NCBI GenBank assembly: GCA_038243605.1
Contig: JBBSQX010000011.1
Coordinates: 2,531-66,530 of the forward strand
Source: Actinomycetales bacterium
Lineage (GTDB): Bacteria; Actinomycetota; Actinomycetes; Actinomycetales; Microbacteriaceae
Direction of reading: 5' to 3'
Length of the DNA: 64,000 nt
Each line of letters begins with the position of its first letter. Within the stretch, counting starts at the first letter, position 1. The translations under genes and the position numbers were made by a program. Below, piece by piece: positions 26,801 through 35,500 of the stretch. The notes under the pieces were generated by a model. The model was not told the DNA's origin, ran no database searches, and saw only the letters and a list, made by a program, of their open reading frames with translations.

Positions 26801-29800
26801 TCTTCAGCGTGCCCTGCGCGGGGTCGCGGTCGTTCAAGATCGGCTGAACCCTCACCGGCGTCGGCGACCCCTTCAAAACCTGAACGTAGTCGCTATAGGT
26901 GACAGGGGTGAGGTCAAGCAGTGTGGACGAGATCACACCAACATTCACCGTGCCCGAACCTGTGGCGCCGCTCGAGTCACGCACCGTGTACTCGAAAGAA
27001 ACCTGCCCGCCAGGAACGCCTCCTGAGGGAGCGGAATAGATTATGGCGCTGCCATCCGGAGAAATCGAGGGCACGCCCTTGCCCGACTTCGGAAGCTGCA
27101 CATCCGTCAACGTCACCTGGTCGCCATCAGGATCTATGCCGAAGCTCTCTACCGGAATCAGCACAGTTTGGCCCGCGTTGGCGCGCGCGTTCAACACCGG
27201 TGGCTCAGGCGCACGGTTGGAGCCGACAGCGATCACCGTCACGGTAATGGCGGCAGTGTCGACGCGGTCGGGCCTGCCCTCCATATACACCGAATAGCTC
27301 ACCGAGTACACGCCAGGAACCGTGGGAGCCAAGTAGCGAATAGATGACTCACTAGCGAACGCAAGTTCACCCGCAGCATCAGAACCCTGCACGTCGGGGT
27401 GAACTACCAACCGCTCACCGCGGGGGCTCAAATCGTTGCGCAGTACCGGAATGTCGACCTGGGTGCCCGCCCGCACGGTCGCCGAATCCGGAACCGCGAT
27501 CGGCCCAACGCCAAAAGCCGACGGAACGAGGAACACCGACACCTCGCCCGTCACGACAGCACCGCCGCCATCGCTGACCGTAATGGTGGCAGTACCGATA
27601 AAGCCGGGCTGCCCGTCGGGGGTGGAACCACTCACACGCAGTCTCGACTGTGCGACCACATTCACGTTCAGAGCCGGCGTCGAACTTGTCGCACCGGCAA
27701 CGAGGAGAACGCGCCCCGTCGTATTTTGCACGGCACCAAGAACATCGACCGTTGTATCTTCATTAGCGCGAACAAAGGCGGTGAGCGGAGCCATCGTCAA
27801 CGGGCTTCCGGAGGGGACCACCGTGAGACGGATGATGGAGGACTGCTCGCTGAGCGTCACCGCATCTTGCACCGAATAGCTGACCGTGTACTCGCCAGGA
27901 TCCGTGGCACTCACATCTACCGTGCCTGCCGCGGCATTCGGAACCACAATGAGCCCGCCGCCCGTCGTGGACGCCTGCACGGCATCCAACACGCGGTACG
28001 CACCAGACCCGCCGGTCACGTGATCGGCGATCGTCACCGTCACCTTCTGGCCAGAGCTCGACGTCACAGCAACCGGCGCAGCCTTGATTCCGGAGGTAGC
28101 GCCCACCGTGATCTCGAGTTCCTTCTCGGTCACCGCGCCAAGCGAATCAGAAACCACTACAGACAGCTTGATGATCGATGCACCCGCGTTGGGGTCACTG
28201 TGACGGAGAGCAACACTGCCATCTGACATAGGAACAACCGCAACCGGTGCGTTCGGGTCAACCTTGCGAACATCAACGAGAACGATCGGGTCGCCCTCTG
28301 GGTCAAGCCAGCCATCCATCACCGGAACAATCGCCGTACCACCTGCCGCGATTTTTGGCGTCGGCCACACCTGAACGCAGCCATCAACAGGGCACCATTC
28401 CGGTGCGGAGTTCGTGCCATCTGGGATGATCGTGAGCGTCACAGTGGCCGGGGCCGACTGCGCTTTTCCATCCGTTACGGTGTACGGGAACGTTGCCGAA
28501 CCTGAGGCGGCTTTGACCTGCACGACCGCGGTTTGATCATTGCCGACAAGCCCGAGCTGCCCGAACGCTGGGTTACTCAGGCCCGCCGAGATCGAGTCGG
28601 GAACGACCGACAACACATCTTTCTTATTCGGGTCGTGGTCATTCAGCAGCACCGGAAGAGAAACCAGTCGGCCAGCACGCACGCCGAACGTATCGGCGAC
28701 AGCGACTGGCGGTTCCTGCTGGGGAAGGTCATCGACCTTTACTGTTCCCGCCTCGTGATCATCGTCACCAAGGTCCCATTGATCGATCGGGATGGCCCTA
28801 CCGTCTGGCACAGTCCAGAGCAGCCCAGTGGACTTTTCTGCCAGAACAGCGCGTGAACCGTTGTTGAAAAAGTGGGGAACAATCACCTGCACTTCATCGA
28901 GCTGCTTGCCTTCCACGTCGATCGTGACAGTTTTTTTCGTCTCTGACGACCACAGTGACCCGCCAGAAGTGTTCAGCCATGCGGCGTACACAACTCCGTC
29001 AACCTCTGCCGGCGCTGCCGGCACACCATCACCGGTGGCAAGAGGCGTCACGGCCCCAGAGTCGAGGGCGATCGAGATGAGAGTCTTCTGGTCGGCGAGA
29101 TGAATTGTGCGACCGTCACGCGACCACGGCTGCAGCTTCGCCCCGCCACCGAGACCGGTATCTATTGCGTCTTTCTTACCCGGAAGCCACACCGCACCAT
29201 CGCCGGGGGAGCTGAGAACCCATGCGTCGCCTGCAACCGCCAGCTCTAGGCGAGCATCAGCCTTCGGAGCATTCTGCACAGCGGAAGGGTCGCCAACGAA
29301 TCGGCTTCTCTCGGCGTCAAACGTTCGCACAGTCTTCTCTTGGGAGGAGTACAACAGCACTCGACCCTCAGGAGAAAGCGCTACCGCGGTCGCCGAATAG
29401 ACGGGGCGATCCTCGCCGTCTTCTACCTCAACACTGGCGAAAGGGTCCACCGGAAAAGCGGTGGGCGGTTCACCGTTCTGGGTCGTCAACGTACTCACAA
29501 ATACCGAACCGGTATCTGTCAGATACACAAGGTAGTTACCGGAAGACAGAACTTCGCGCGTTCCGACGGGAGTGTTCTGGGCCCCGGTAAGGTCAGCAGC
29601 GTCGTCTTTCTTTTTGTCGTCTTTCGATGCGTCGCCTTGTGCCGGATCGGAGGCGGGCACCACCGGCGACCCTGCGGCCGTCAGGTTGGTGGGGTTAGCC
29701 GCATTCACCGGCCACACCTGCCGGTACCCGCTGCTGAACACCACAGCATCCGGACCAGACTGCGCGACACCCACTGGATCGGTCACAGCGCGCACCGTGT

Positions 29801-30014
29801 CGATCTCGGCAAGGTCGGTATTGACCCTCGCGTATTGGCCAGCATCTCTCGTGACCCACACGGAAGTTTCGAGCGCAGGAATCTCTTTTGCGTCGTAGCC
29901 TTCCGCAAACACTGCCAGGGTGGCGATGAGCGCGATAACAGCGGCGGCGGCAACGGCTGGGATTACTCGCCGACTGAGTTTCGGCCGCGTTTTTTTCGCA
30001 CTCTTCACGGCCAC
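23877..30014 (-). CDS. Giant (2045 aa) N-terminally anchored surface protein with beta-propeller-like, cadherin/Ig-like and FN3-like repeats
   Basis: Single N-terminal TM (VIPAVAAAAVIALIATLAVFA). Recurrent ...V(A/P)D..TVRAG..V.IPVL.ND.DP.G..L.V.. cadherin-like units. FN3-like units in the C-terminal third. Tail is PPVDPPVDPPVDPPVIPPVVPPVGP. No LPXTG motif. The GTG start overlaps the kinase stop (TAGTG). Confidence 0.85.
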   Translation of the reverse strand: MAVKSAKKTRPKLSRRVIPAVAAAAVIALIATLAVFAEGYDAKEIPALETSVWVTRDAGQYARVNTDLAEIDTVRAVTDPVGVAQSGPDAVVFSSGYRQVWPVNAANPTNLTAAGSPVVPASDPAQGDASKDDKKKDDAADLTGAQNTPVGTREVLSSGNYLVYLTDTGSVFVSTLTTQNGEPPTAFPVDPFASVEVEDGEDRPVYSATAVALSPEGRVLLYSSQEKTVRTFDAERSRFVGDPSAVQNAPKADARLELAVAGDAWVLSSPGDGAVWLPGKKDAIDTGLGGGAKLQPWSRDGRTIHLADQKTLISIALDSGAVTPLATGDGVPAAPAEVDGVVYAAWLNTSGGSLWSSETKKTVTIDVEGKQLDEVQVIVPHFFNNGSRAVLAEKSTGLLWTVPDGRAIPIDQWDLGDDDHEAGTVKVDDLPQQEPPVAVADTFGVRAGRLVSLPVLLNDHDPNKKDVLSVVPDSISAGLSNPAFGQLGLVGNDQTAVVQVKAASGSATFPYTVTDGKAQSAPATVTLTIIPDGTNSAPEWCPVDGCVQVWPTPKIAAGGTAIVPVMDGWLDPEGDPIVLVDVRKVDPNAPVAVVPMSDGSVALRHSDPNAGASIIKLSVVVSDSLGAVTEKELEITVGATSGIKAAPVAVTSSSGQKVTVTIADHVTGGSGAYRVLDAVQASTTGGGLIVVPNAAAGTVDVSATDPGEYTVSYSVQDAVTLSEQSSIIRLTVVPSGSPLTMAPLTAFVRANEDTTVDVLGAVQNTTGRVLLVAGATSSTPALNVNVVAQSRLRVSGSTPDGQPGFIGTATITVSDGGGAVVTGEVSVFLVPSAFGVGPIAVPDSATVRAGTQVDIPVLRNDLSPRGERLVVHPDVQGSDAAGELAFASESSIRYLAPTVPGVYSVSYSVYMEGRPDRVDTAAITVTVIAVGSNRAPEPPVLNARANAGQTVLIPVESFGIDPDGDQVTLTDVQLPKSGKGVPSISPDGSAIIYSAPSGGVPGGQVSFEYTVRDSSGATGSGTVNVGVISSTLLDLTPVTYSDYVQVLKGSPTPVRVQPILNDRDPAQGTLKIVGLRPNAPGDASNPEYARLDALIDPETSLKTGEIVLRAGDTLGTQSFIYTVQSSISTSTAEGLIVVGVAESVAPDMPVVKDTVLTAKDRVQLASGIDVVSGKVRWASGVISGLKLSVWGSAADRYKVSGSQISGDFPSRGDLVPFELTGKDAAGADVTAHGFLRIPAFDDLRVQVKPTEKHIEVAEEKTVDFDVRKLLDIDPSDDIEINPNGAFVVQRGNASCQPVSGTLVRYASGREAPWNDLCAFSVRLKGQKQWSTVAVPIWILPRDPQAILATIARTLAPGETATIDLYDALTTWEGGRVGDKKLLNYAASSSGTAFVMEQKGRSITITARADAAPGTRENVQVAVSNFGGLVGGVSLVVGIAPPDAPRGATLSQQCTVSTSASCSITVIGVGGEYDPFAGKLGGGLKIVGVGTGTSVTCPVATVVLSGEKQVSATWPAGPRPVGGACVVPLTVADAQGRTGPGQLTIDVLGYPQVPASVMTTGYTGTSVTVNVPLGEAAQAHPSVTGVVLYEGSSPASGATCSSSGPASYSCTAPGLVNGAPHTYSARAVNSVGESLDTSQHQTWAYAKPTVSALTATSVFDSRTTDGSGGVDLSITAGADSKSFRVTNVSQDFDRTGPVTVANLTLAPGSNTLIVIPISEFQPPIGGTGSNGVGDQATFTVTAVGSPKYTSAGTATGTPTTVTLTGAGFSANSGSKKSEIFVAWNEDGAEPTCSAEGDVISASGAQFSSPSSTVTVDTEHDYSIKACATNGYGWAESAIAVASSFPSPNQPGGDLTYRVSSSPDSPGSSVQKYKLEKAPAPTPKNKWYLEYNIGGVVTTTFNINDSTNYDAGIFVQYCRTKFWGQKVCSNNPALITPESGSAPTTVTVTFPTGTLTEAQANDPSMVTVSNFASPYATVVPVLDAAAKTVTYTVSFSGGYSMLAAATFVGSYEPDPVIPPDPDPPVDPPVDPPVDPPVIPPVVPPVGP

Positions 30015-31144
30015 TAGATGAGCCCAACCAGTTTCGCCACGACAGCCACAATAGCGACCACAACGAGTGCGACGCCTGCCCCAATTAGGGCTGGTTTCAT
30101 TCCGCCGCCCGAGCGCGCCACCTCGTGCGGCTCGACGGTGCGGCCTTTCACCACGCTCGCGCGTGCTGCCCGACGCGAATTCTTGTTCACCACGGAGATC
30201 ACCGGGCCCCGTGGAGTCGAATCAGTGAGACTGAGTGGCGCCGCAGCAGCCCACTCGGCTTGGGCGACCTCCAGCGGTGTCGGTGAAATTCCAGACTGAT
30301 ACTGGGCCAGCCGCAGTTCCTCGGCAAACGCAAACATCGACTCGAACCGCTTAGTCGGATCTTTCGACATACTCCTGGCAAAAATCGCCTCTACGCCTTG
30401 CGGAACATCTGGGCGCCCAATCGGCGTGTAAGCAGCCTTAGCCACGCGCGCAATGACGTGTGCCGACGAGTTCTTGCTGCGGTCGACATGCTCAAACGGG
30501 CTGTGCCCCGCCAGAAGCGAGTAGAGCGTTGCGCCCAGGCTCCACACCTCAGTGGCAATCGTGCCAGTAGTGGCCTCAGAAAGAACCTCCGGAGAACTCC
30601 ACGGAATCGACATCGCAAAAACTTCATTATCTTCATCGGCGTTGATTGCCGCGGCGATACCAAAGTCAGCCAAAACCGGAGACCCCATCGAGGTGATGAG
30701 AACGTTCGACGGCTTGATGTCCCGATGAAGGAGCCTCGAGCGGTGCGCGGTCTCCAACGCCGCCGCGATACGCACTCCGGCGTCAAGAACGTCGGCAAGA
30801 GAAAGACCCGCGCGCTTCATGCGCGCACTCATCGTGTCTGGGCAATACTCCATGGCCAGATAGGGACGACCGTCTGCTGAAATGGATGCTTGGTAGATAC
30901 TCACGATGGAGGGATGCGCGCTCAGGCGGGCCATGATGTCGGCCTCCGCATTGAAGGTGCGCAAAACCTCCGGGTTAATGGCATCGCTCAGAAGTACCTT
31001 CACCGCGACAACGCGGCGCGGCATGTCTTGCTCATAGAGAAATACGTCAGCAAAGCCGCCCGAGCCCAGCGGACGCACGTACGTGTAACCCGGCAGCACG
31101 GGAGGCGCAGACGGCGCGCGTTTAGCCAAGTTTTGCCCCCTCAA
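30014..31144 (-). CDS. Hanks-type Ser/Thr protein kinase, tail-anchored, no extracellular domain
   Basis: LGSGGFADVF, VAVKVL, HRDIKPSNVL, ADFGIA, WSSPE. The ORF ends right after the C-terminal TM (LIGAGVALVVVAIVAVVAKLVGLI*). The TTG start is uncertain. Confidence 0.93.
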   Translation of the reverse strand: MRGQNLAKRAPSAPPVLPGYTYVRPLGSGGFADVFLYEQDMPRRVVAVKVLLSDAINPEVLRTFNAEADIMARLSAHPSIVSIYQASISADGRPYLAMEYCPDTMSARMKRAGLSLADVLDAGVRIAAALETAHRSRLLHRDIKPSNVLITSMGSPVLADFGIAAAINADEDNEVFAMSIPWSSPEVLSEATTGTIATEVWSLGATLYSLLAGHSPFEHVDRSKNSSAHVIARVAKAAYTPIGRPDVPQGVEAIFARSMSKDPTKRFESMFAFAEELRLAQYQSGISPTPLEVAQAEWAAAAPLSLTDSTPRGPVISVVNKNSRRAARASVVKGRTVEPHEVARSGGGMKPALIGAGVALVVVAIVAVVAKLVGLI

Positions 31145-31213
31145 AATTCTCGGATGTGCGGAAGTTAGTAACGCACGTCACTCACTTAGTGAGCCACGAT
31201 CAACATGAACTGC

Positions 31214-32530
31214 TCACCGATGATATACCGAGTCGTCTAGTCCCACGATCTTTACGAGAGCGCCTTCCCCCAAATCGAGAACATCGCCCCGCTCAAGAAT
31301 GGTTTCCCGCCCATGGTCAAGAAGCCATGATGGTCGACCGGGGGTCATGATGACGGTGCCATTCGTTGAATTCAGGTCGCGGGCCTTCAAGCGCCCACCG
31401 ATCTCCGCGATCTCGAGATGGATGGCGCTGATCTCCCTCATCGGCGACTCCAATGCGATACTCACGATGGACGAGGTGTCGAGCTCAGTGCTCCACGGTC
31501 GGCGACCCAGCACGAGAGGAATATTGGCGGCAAAGGGGTTGCCATCCAAAAGCTGCACACCCAGACGGCCACCAGCGACCTCCGCGGAGAGGTCAATGCG
31601 CGTGGCACCTCGCTCGGCGCGTGATTCTGGCGGGATCTCCTCTGGCGTCACTCGGGCTGGCGTGGCGCGAACAACGCGGGGCACTACCTCTCGCGGCGCC
31701 TGCTCGTGAGGGCGCTTCTCGCTGGGTTCTTCTTTGGTGGGTGCTTCCCCCGCAGACTCGGTCTCAGCGGGCACGGCCTCACTTGGCGCTACCTCGACAG
31801 GCGCCTTCGCGACCGGAGTCTTTTCGACGGGCATCTTTTCGACGGGCGCCTTCGCGTCAGGCATCTTTTCGACGGGCGCCTTCGCGTCAGGCGCCTTCCC
31901 TGCGGGAACGGTCTCGACCGGAGGCTTCGCGCTCGGCGTCTTTTTTCGCGACTTTTTCCCGCGGGGTGCGGCCGAGGACTTCTGAGAAACGACGCGTGGA
32001 TCGCGGGGAAGTTCCATCTGCACAGTTTTTGGTGACGGTTCGTCGATAAAAGCAAGGGCAGGAGCTGGTTCCGTCGACGGGTTCAACGCCACCACTGCCG
32101 CACGAACAACACCGCGGCGAAGCGGTAGCCTCTCGTCATCCAGGGCGTCTGGTGCACCGGTGAGTGACAGAGACAGCGCGGTGACTCCCCTCACCTCGCC
32201 CATCACCCAGGTGGCGCCTGTCGGCCCAGACAGTCGCGTACCGGTCGCGCCGTCGACATCTGCCACAACGTCGCCCTGCACGGCAACCGTCATGCGTCGT
32301 TTGGCGGCATCAAGCACCTCAACGATCGCAAAGTCTGTGAGGGAGTAGTGGGCGATCATTGCCGACAGCGCGCTATTCAGATGCACAGCCTCAGAATCGA
32401 GCGCGGCATAAAGCTCACTGGCTTGGACGGCCGTCGCGGAATGCCCAAGCAAGCAAAGAAAGCGATCCGTGACAATGGCGAAGCCGCCCTGGTCATCGGC
32501 GGACTGAGACAGGTATGCGAACACTTGCAA
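31214..32530 (-). CDS. FHA-domain protein with a Lys/Pro/Ala/Glu-rich repeat linker
   Basis: C-terminal FHA: LVLGRRP...ISAIHLEI...DLNSTNGTVI. The linker holds KAPVEKMPDA repeats. The N-terminal ~150 aa is unassigned. Start is uncertain (TTG 32530 or GTG 32524). Confidence 0.8.
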   Translation of the reverse strand: MQVFAYLSQSADDQGGFAIVTDRFLCLLGHSATAVQASELYAALDSEAVHLNSALSAMIAHYSLTDFAIVEVLDAAKRRMTVAVQGDVVADVDGATGTRLSGPTGATWVMGEVRGVTALSLSLTGAPDALDDERLPLRRGVVRAAVVALNPSTEPAPALAFIDEPSPKTVQMELPRDPRVVSQKSSAAPRGKKSRKKTPSAKPPVETVPAGKAPDAKAPVEKMPDAKAPVEKMPVEKTPVAKAPVEVAPSEAVPAETESAGEAPTKEEPSEKRPHEQAPREVVPRVVRATPARVTPEEIPPESRAERGATRIDLSAEVAGGRLGVQLLDGNPFAANIPLVLGRRPWSTELDTSSIVSIALESPMREISAIHLEIAEIGGRLKARDLNSTNGTVIMTPGRPSWLLDHGRETILERGDVLDLGEGALVKIVGLDDSVYHR

Positions 32531-32538
32531 AGAGTACC

Positions 32539-32567
32539 GGATGCGGAGCCCACTTCGGGCTCCATCC
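32539..32567 (-). terminator. Strong hairpin between the eccC stop and the downstream FHA gene (attenuator/terminator candidate)
   Basis: GGAT-gc-GGAGCCC (32539-32551), loop ACTTC, GGGCTCC-ATCC (32557-32567). On the transcript it is followed by GGUACUCUUUG. Confidence 0.45.
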
Positions 32568-32589
32568 GAAAACTCGATCGTGCGGCCTG

Positions 32590-35500
32590 TTAGCCCTCGC
32601 GGGGAGGAGAAAGCGCGAGCTGTGCGGAGAGCACACCACGGTCGCGGCTGACAATCTGCGCACGTCCGGCGACGGAAGGTCGAGGCTTCACCTTGCCGAT
32701 GAGCTGACCCTCTTCTGGGTTTCCGCTCAGCAAGATGCCCGTGGTTCCCAAATCTGTGAGTCCCTGGATGATGGGGTCGTATGCCGACCTGCTTGCGCCG
32801 CCTGCGCGTCTAGTGAGAATCACGTGCATACCGAGGTCGCCTGCCTGCGCGAGCAACGGCGCGAGAGGCGCGAGGGGGTTACCCTGCGAGGTGGCGACCA
32901 AATCGTAGTCGTCAACGAGGATGAACCCCTCAGCACCTGTCCACCATGAGCGGGCACGCAACTGCTCTGAGTTCACATCCGGGCCCGGAATGCGCCCACG
33001 CAGGAACGCCGCAAGCTCAGCGATTCCGGTCGTGGCAAGTTCGTGCGCTGTGAGGTATGCACCCAGGTACTCCGGTGGAATCTCACCAAGCAGTGCGCGT
33101 CGGTAGTCGACCACAAAGATTTTCGCCTCAGCCGGTGTGTAAAGGCGCATGATCTCGTTGGCGTACGCCCGCAGCATCGACGACTTGCCGGAGTCGGCGT
33201 CACCGTAGAGGTAAAGATGTGGTTCTGCGCGGGGGTCGATCGCGAACGGCGCCAGTTCTGCCTCATCGATCCCGATCAAAATGTTGCGGGTGTCGGCAGG
33301 CGCCAAGGCGCGCAGCTCATCGAGGGTGATGAGCTCAGGCAGCAATCGCAGCTTCGGCCCTGCAGGCCCGGTCCAGCCCGCACTCACCTTGGCAATGAGG
33401 TCGTCGATGCCATTGGCGAGGGTGGAGCTCTCGCCCGAACCGTCGATGCGCGGAAGCGCGGTGAGCATCTGCAACTTGCTCTGCGCGAGACCACGGCCTG
33501 GCATCGACATGGCCACGTTGGCTGCGGCCTTACGGTCGATCTCAGAGTCGGCAGCGTCACCGAGCCGCAGCTCGATCTTGGAGCCGATGAGGTCTTTGAT
33601 GTTCGCGCGCAGTTCGAGCCAGCGGGATGCCGTGATGATGACGTGAACACCGAACGTGAGCCCGCGCGCGGCGAGCGCCTGCACATCGACCTCGAGATTC
33701 TCGAACTCGCTGCGCAGTGTTGCCCAGCCGTCGATGATCAGGAAGATATCGCCGTAACCGTCGTTCACCGTACCCTCAGCGCGGCGCTGGCGATAGGTCT
33801 CGATCGAGTCGATGCCCTGTTGGCGAAAATACACTTCGCGCTTGTTGACGATGCCGATGATCTCGGCGACCGTACGCCGAACCACATCCGGTTCGGACCT
33901 GGTGGCGAGGCCGCTCAAGTGCGGAAAGTCCTGCAAACCCGAGAAGCTACCGCCACCGAAGTCAAGAACGTAGAACTGCACCTCCAAGGGCGTGCAGGTG
34001 AGCGAGAGCGCGACCATGGTGCTGCGAGCGAGCGTGCTCTTGCCGCTCAACGGCCCACCGACGATGGCCATGTGGCCTGCCGCGCCGCCGAGAGAAACAG
34101 TGAGTGACTCACGCCGCTGCTCGAGCGGGATGTCGACGATGCCGAGTGGCACGGTGAGCGCACCCGTGTTGCGCCAGCTTTGCGAGATGAGCCCGAGTTG
34201 AGGGTGCACCGCAAGGTCGGGCATGAGCTGGTCGAGGGAGGCGGGGGTGAGCAGAGGTGGCAGCCAGACCTGGTGGGCGGCAGGACCTCGCCCGCTCATC
34301 CGCTCGACCGCGATCTCGAATGTGCTGCGCTTCTCTTCTGGCTCAGCAGAGGAGACAACAGGGGCATCTGCGTGAACCTCTGGCTCCTCGGAGCGTCGCA
34401 CCGGCGCCGCAGTGAACAGTTCGACACTGGATGCGCCGTCGCGGATGACCCCACCGGCAACCGAGCGCGCACGGTTCTTTGGTGCGCCCGAAACGTAGGC
34501 GGCCCTGAACTGAGTCATGGTTTCGGTGTCGGATTTCAGGAAGCCCATTCCGGGCTCCGGCGGCAGGTGGTAGGCATCAGGCACCCCAAGCACGGCGCGG
34601 GATTCGGCGGCCGAGAAGGTGCGCAGCCCGATGCGGTACGACAGGTGGGAGTCGAGCCCGCGCAGCTTTCCCTCTTCTAGACGCTGCGATGACAGCAGGA
34701 GGTGCACCTGCAGGGAGCGACCAAGTCGACCAACGTTGACGAAGGTTTCGACGAAGTCTGGCTTCGCAGAGAGCAGCTCCGAGAACTCGTCAGCGACAAT
34801 GAGCAGCGCAGGCAGCGGCGCGAGGTCGGTGCGGCCACCGCGACGGGCTTTCTCGTAATCGGTGACGTTGGCGAAGTTGCCACTGATGCGAAGCAGTTCC
34901 TGACGGCGCACCATTTCGCCCTGCAAGGCATCCTGCATGCGATCGACGAGCGCGATCTCCTTACCGAGGTTCGTGATGATCGCGGAGACGTGGGGCATGT
35001 CGGCCATGCCAGCGAAGGTGGCGCCACCCTTGAAGTCGACGAGAACGAAGTTGAGCTGTTCAGGCGAATGGGTGAGGGCGAGAGCGAGCACGAGGGTACG
35101 CAAAACCTCAGACGTGCCGGAACCGGTTGCCCCAATAATGAGGCCGTGCGGGCCCATTCCTTGCTGGGCCGACTCTTTGATGTCGAGCACAATCGGCACA
35201 CCCTCTGAGTCCTGACCGATCGGTACGCGCAAGCGGTCGCGCTCGAGGCGCCCGCCCCAGGCCGTGTCAAAATCGATGTCACGCACATCTGGGAGGTTGA
35301 GCAGGTCAACCAGTTCCGCCTGCCCAGAGATCGCGCCGCTAGAACTCGTGGTGGTCGACGTCGACGAATACAGCGGCATGAGCCTGCGCGCGGTGGCCTC
35401 CGCTTCGACGACACTGATTCCGTCGGCGGTGAAATCTACGGCAGCCGCCTGCAACGTGATGAGTTCTGCGGCACCACGCTTCGCCGTCGGGGACTGGGAG

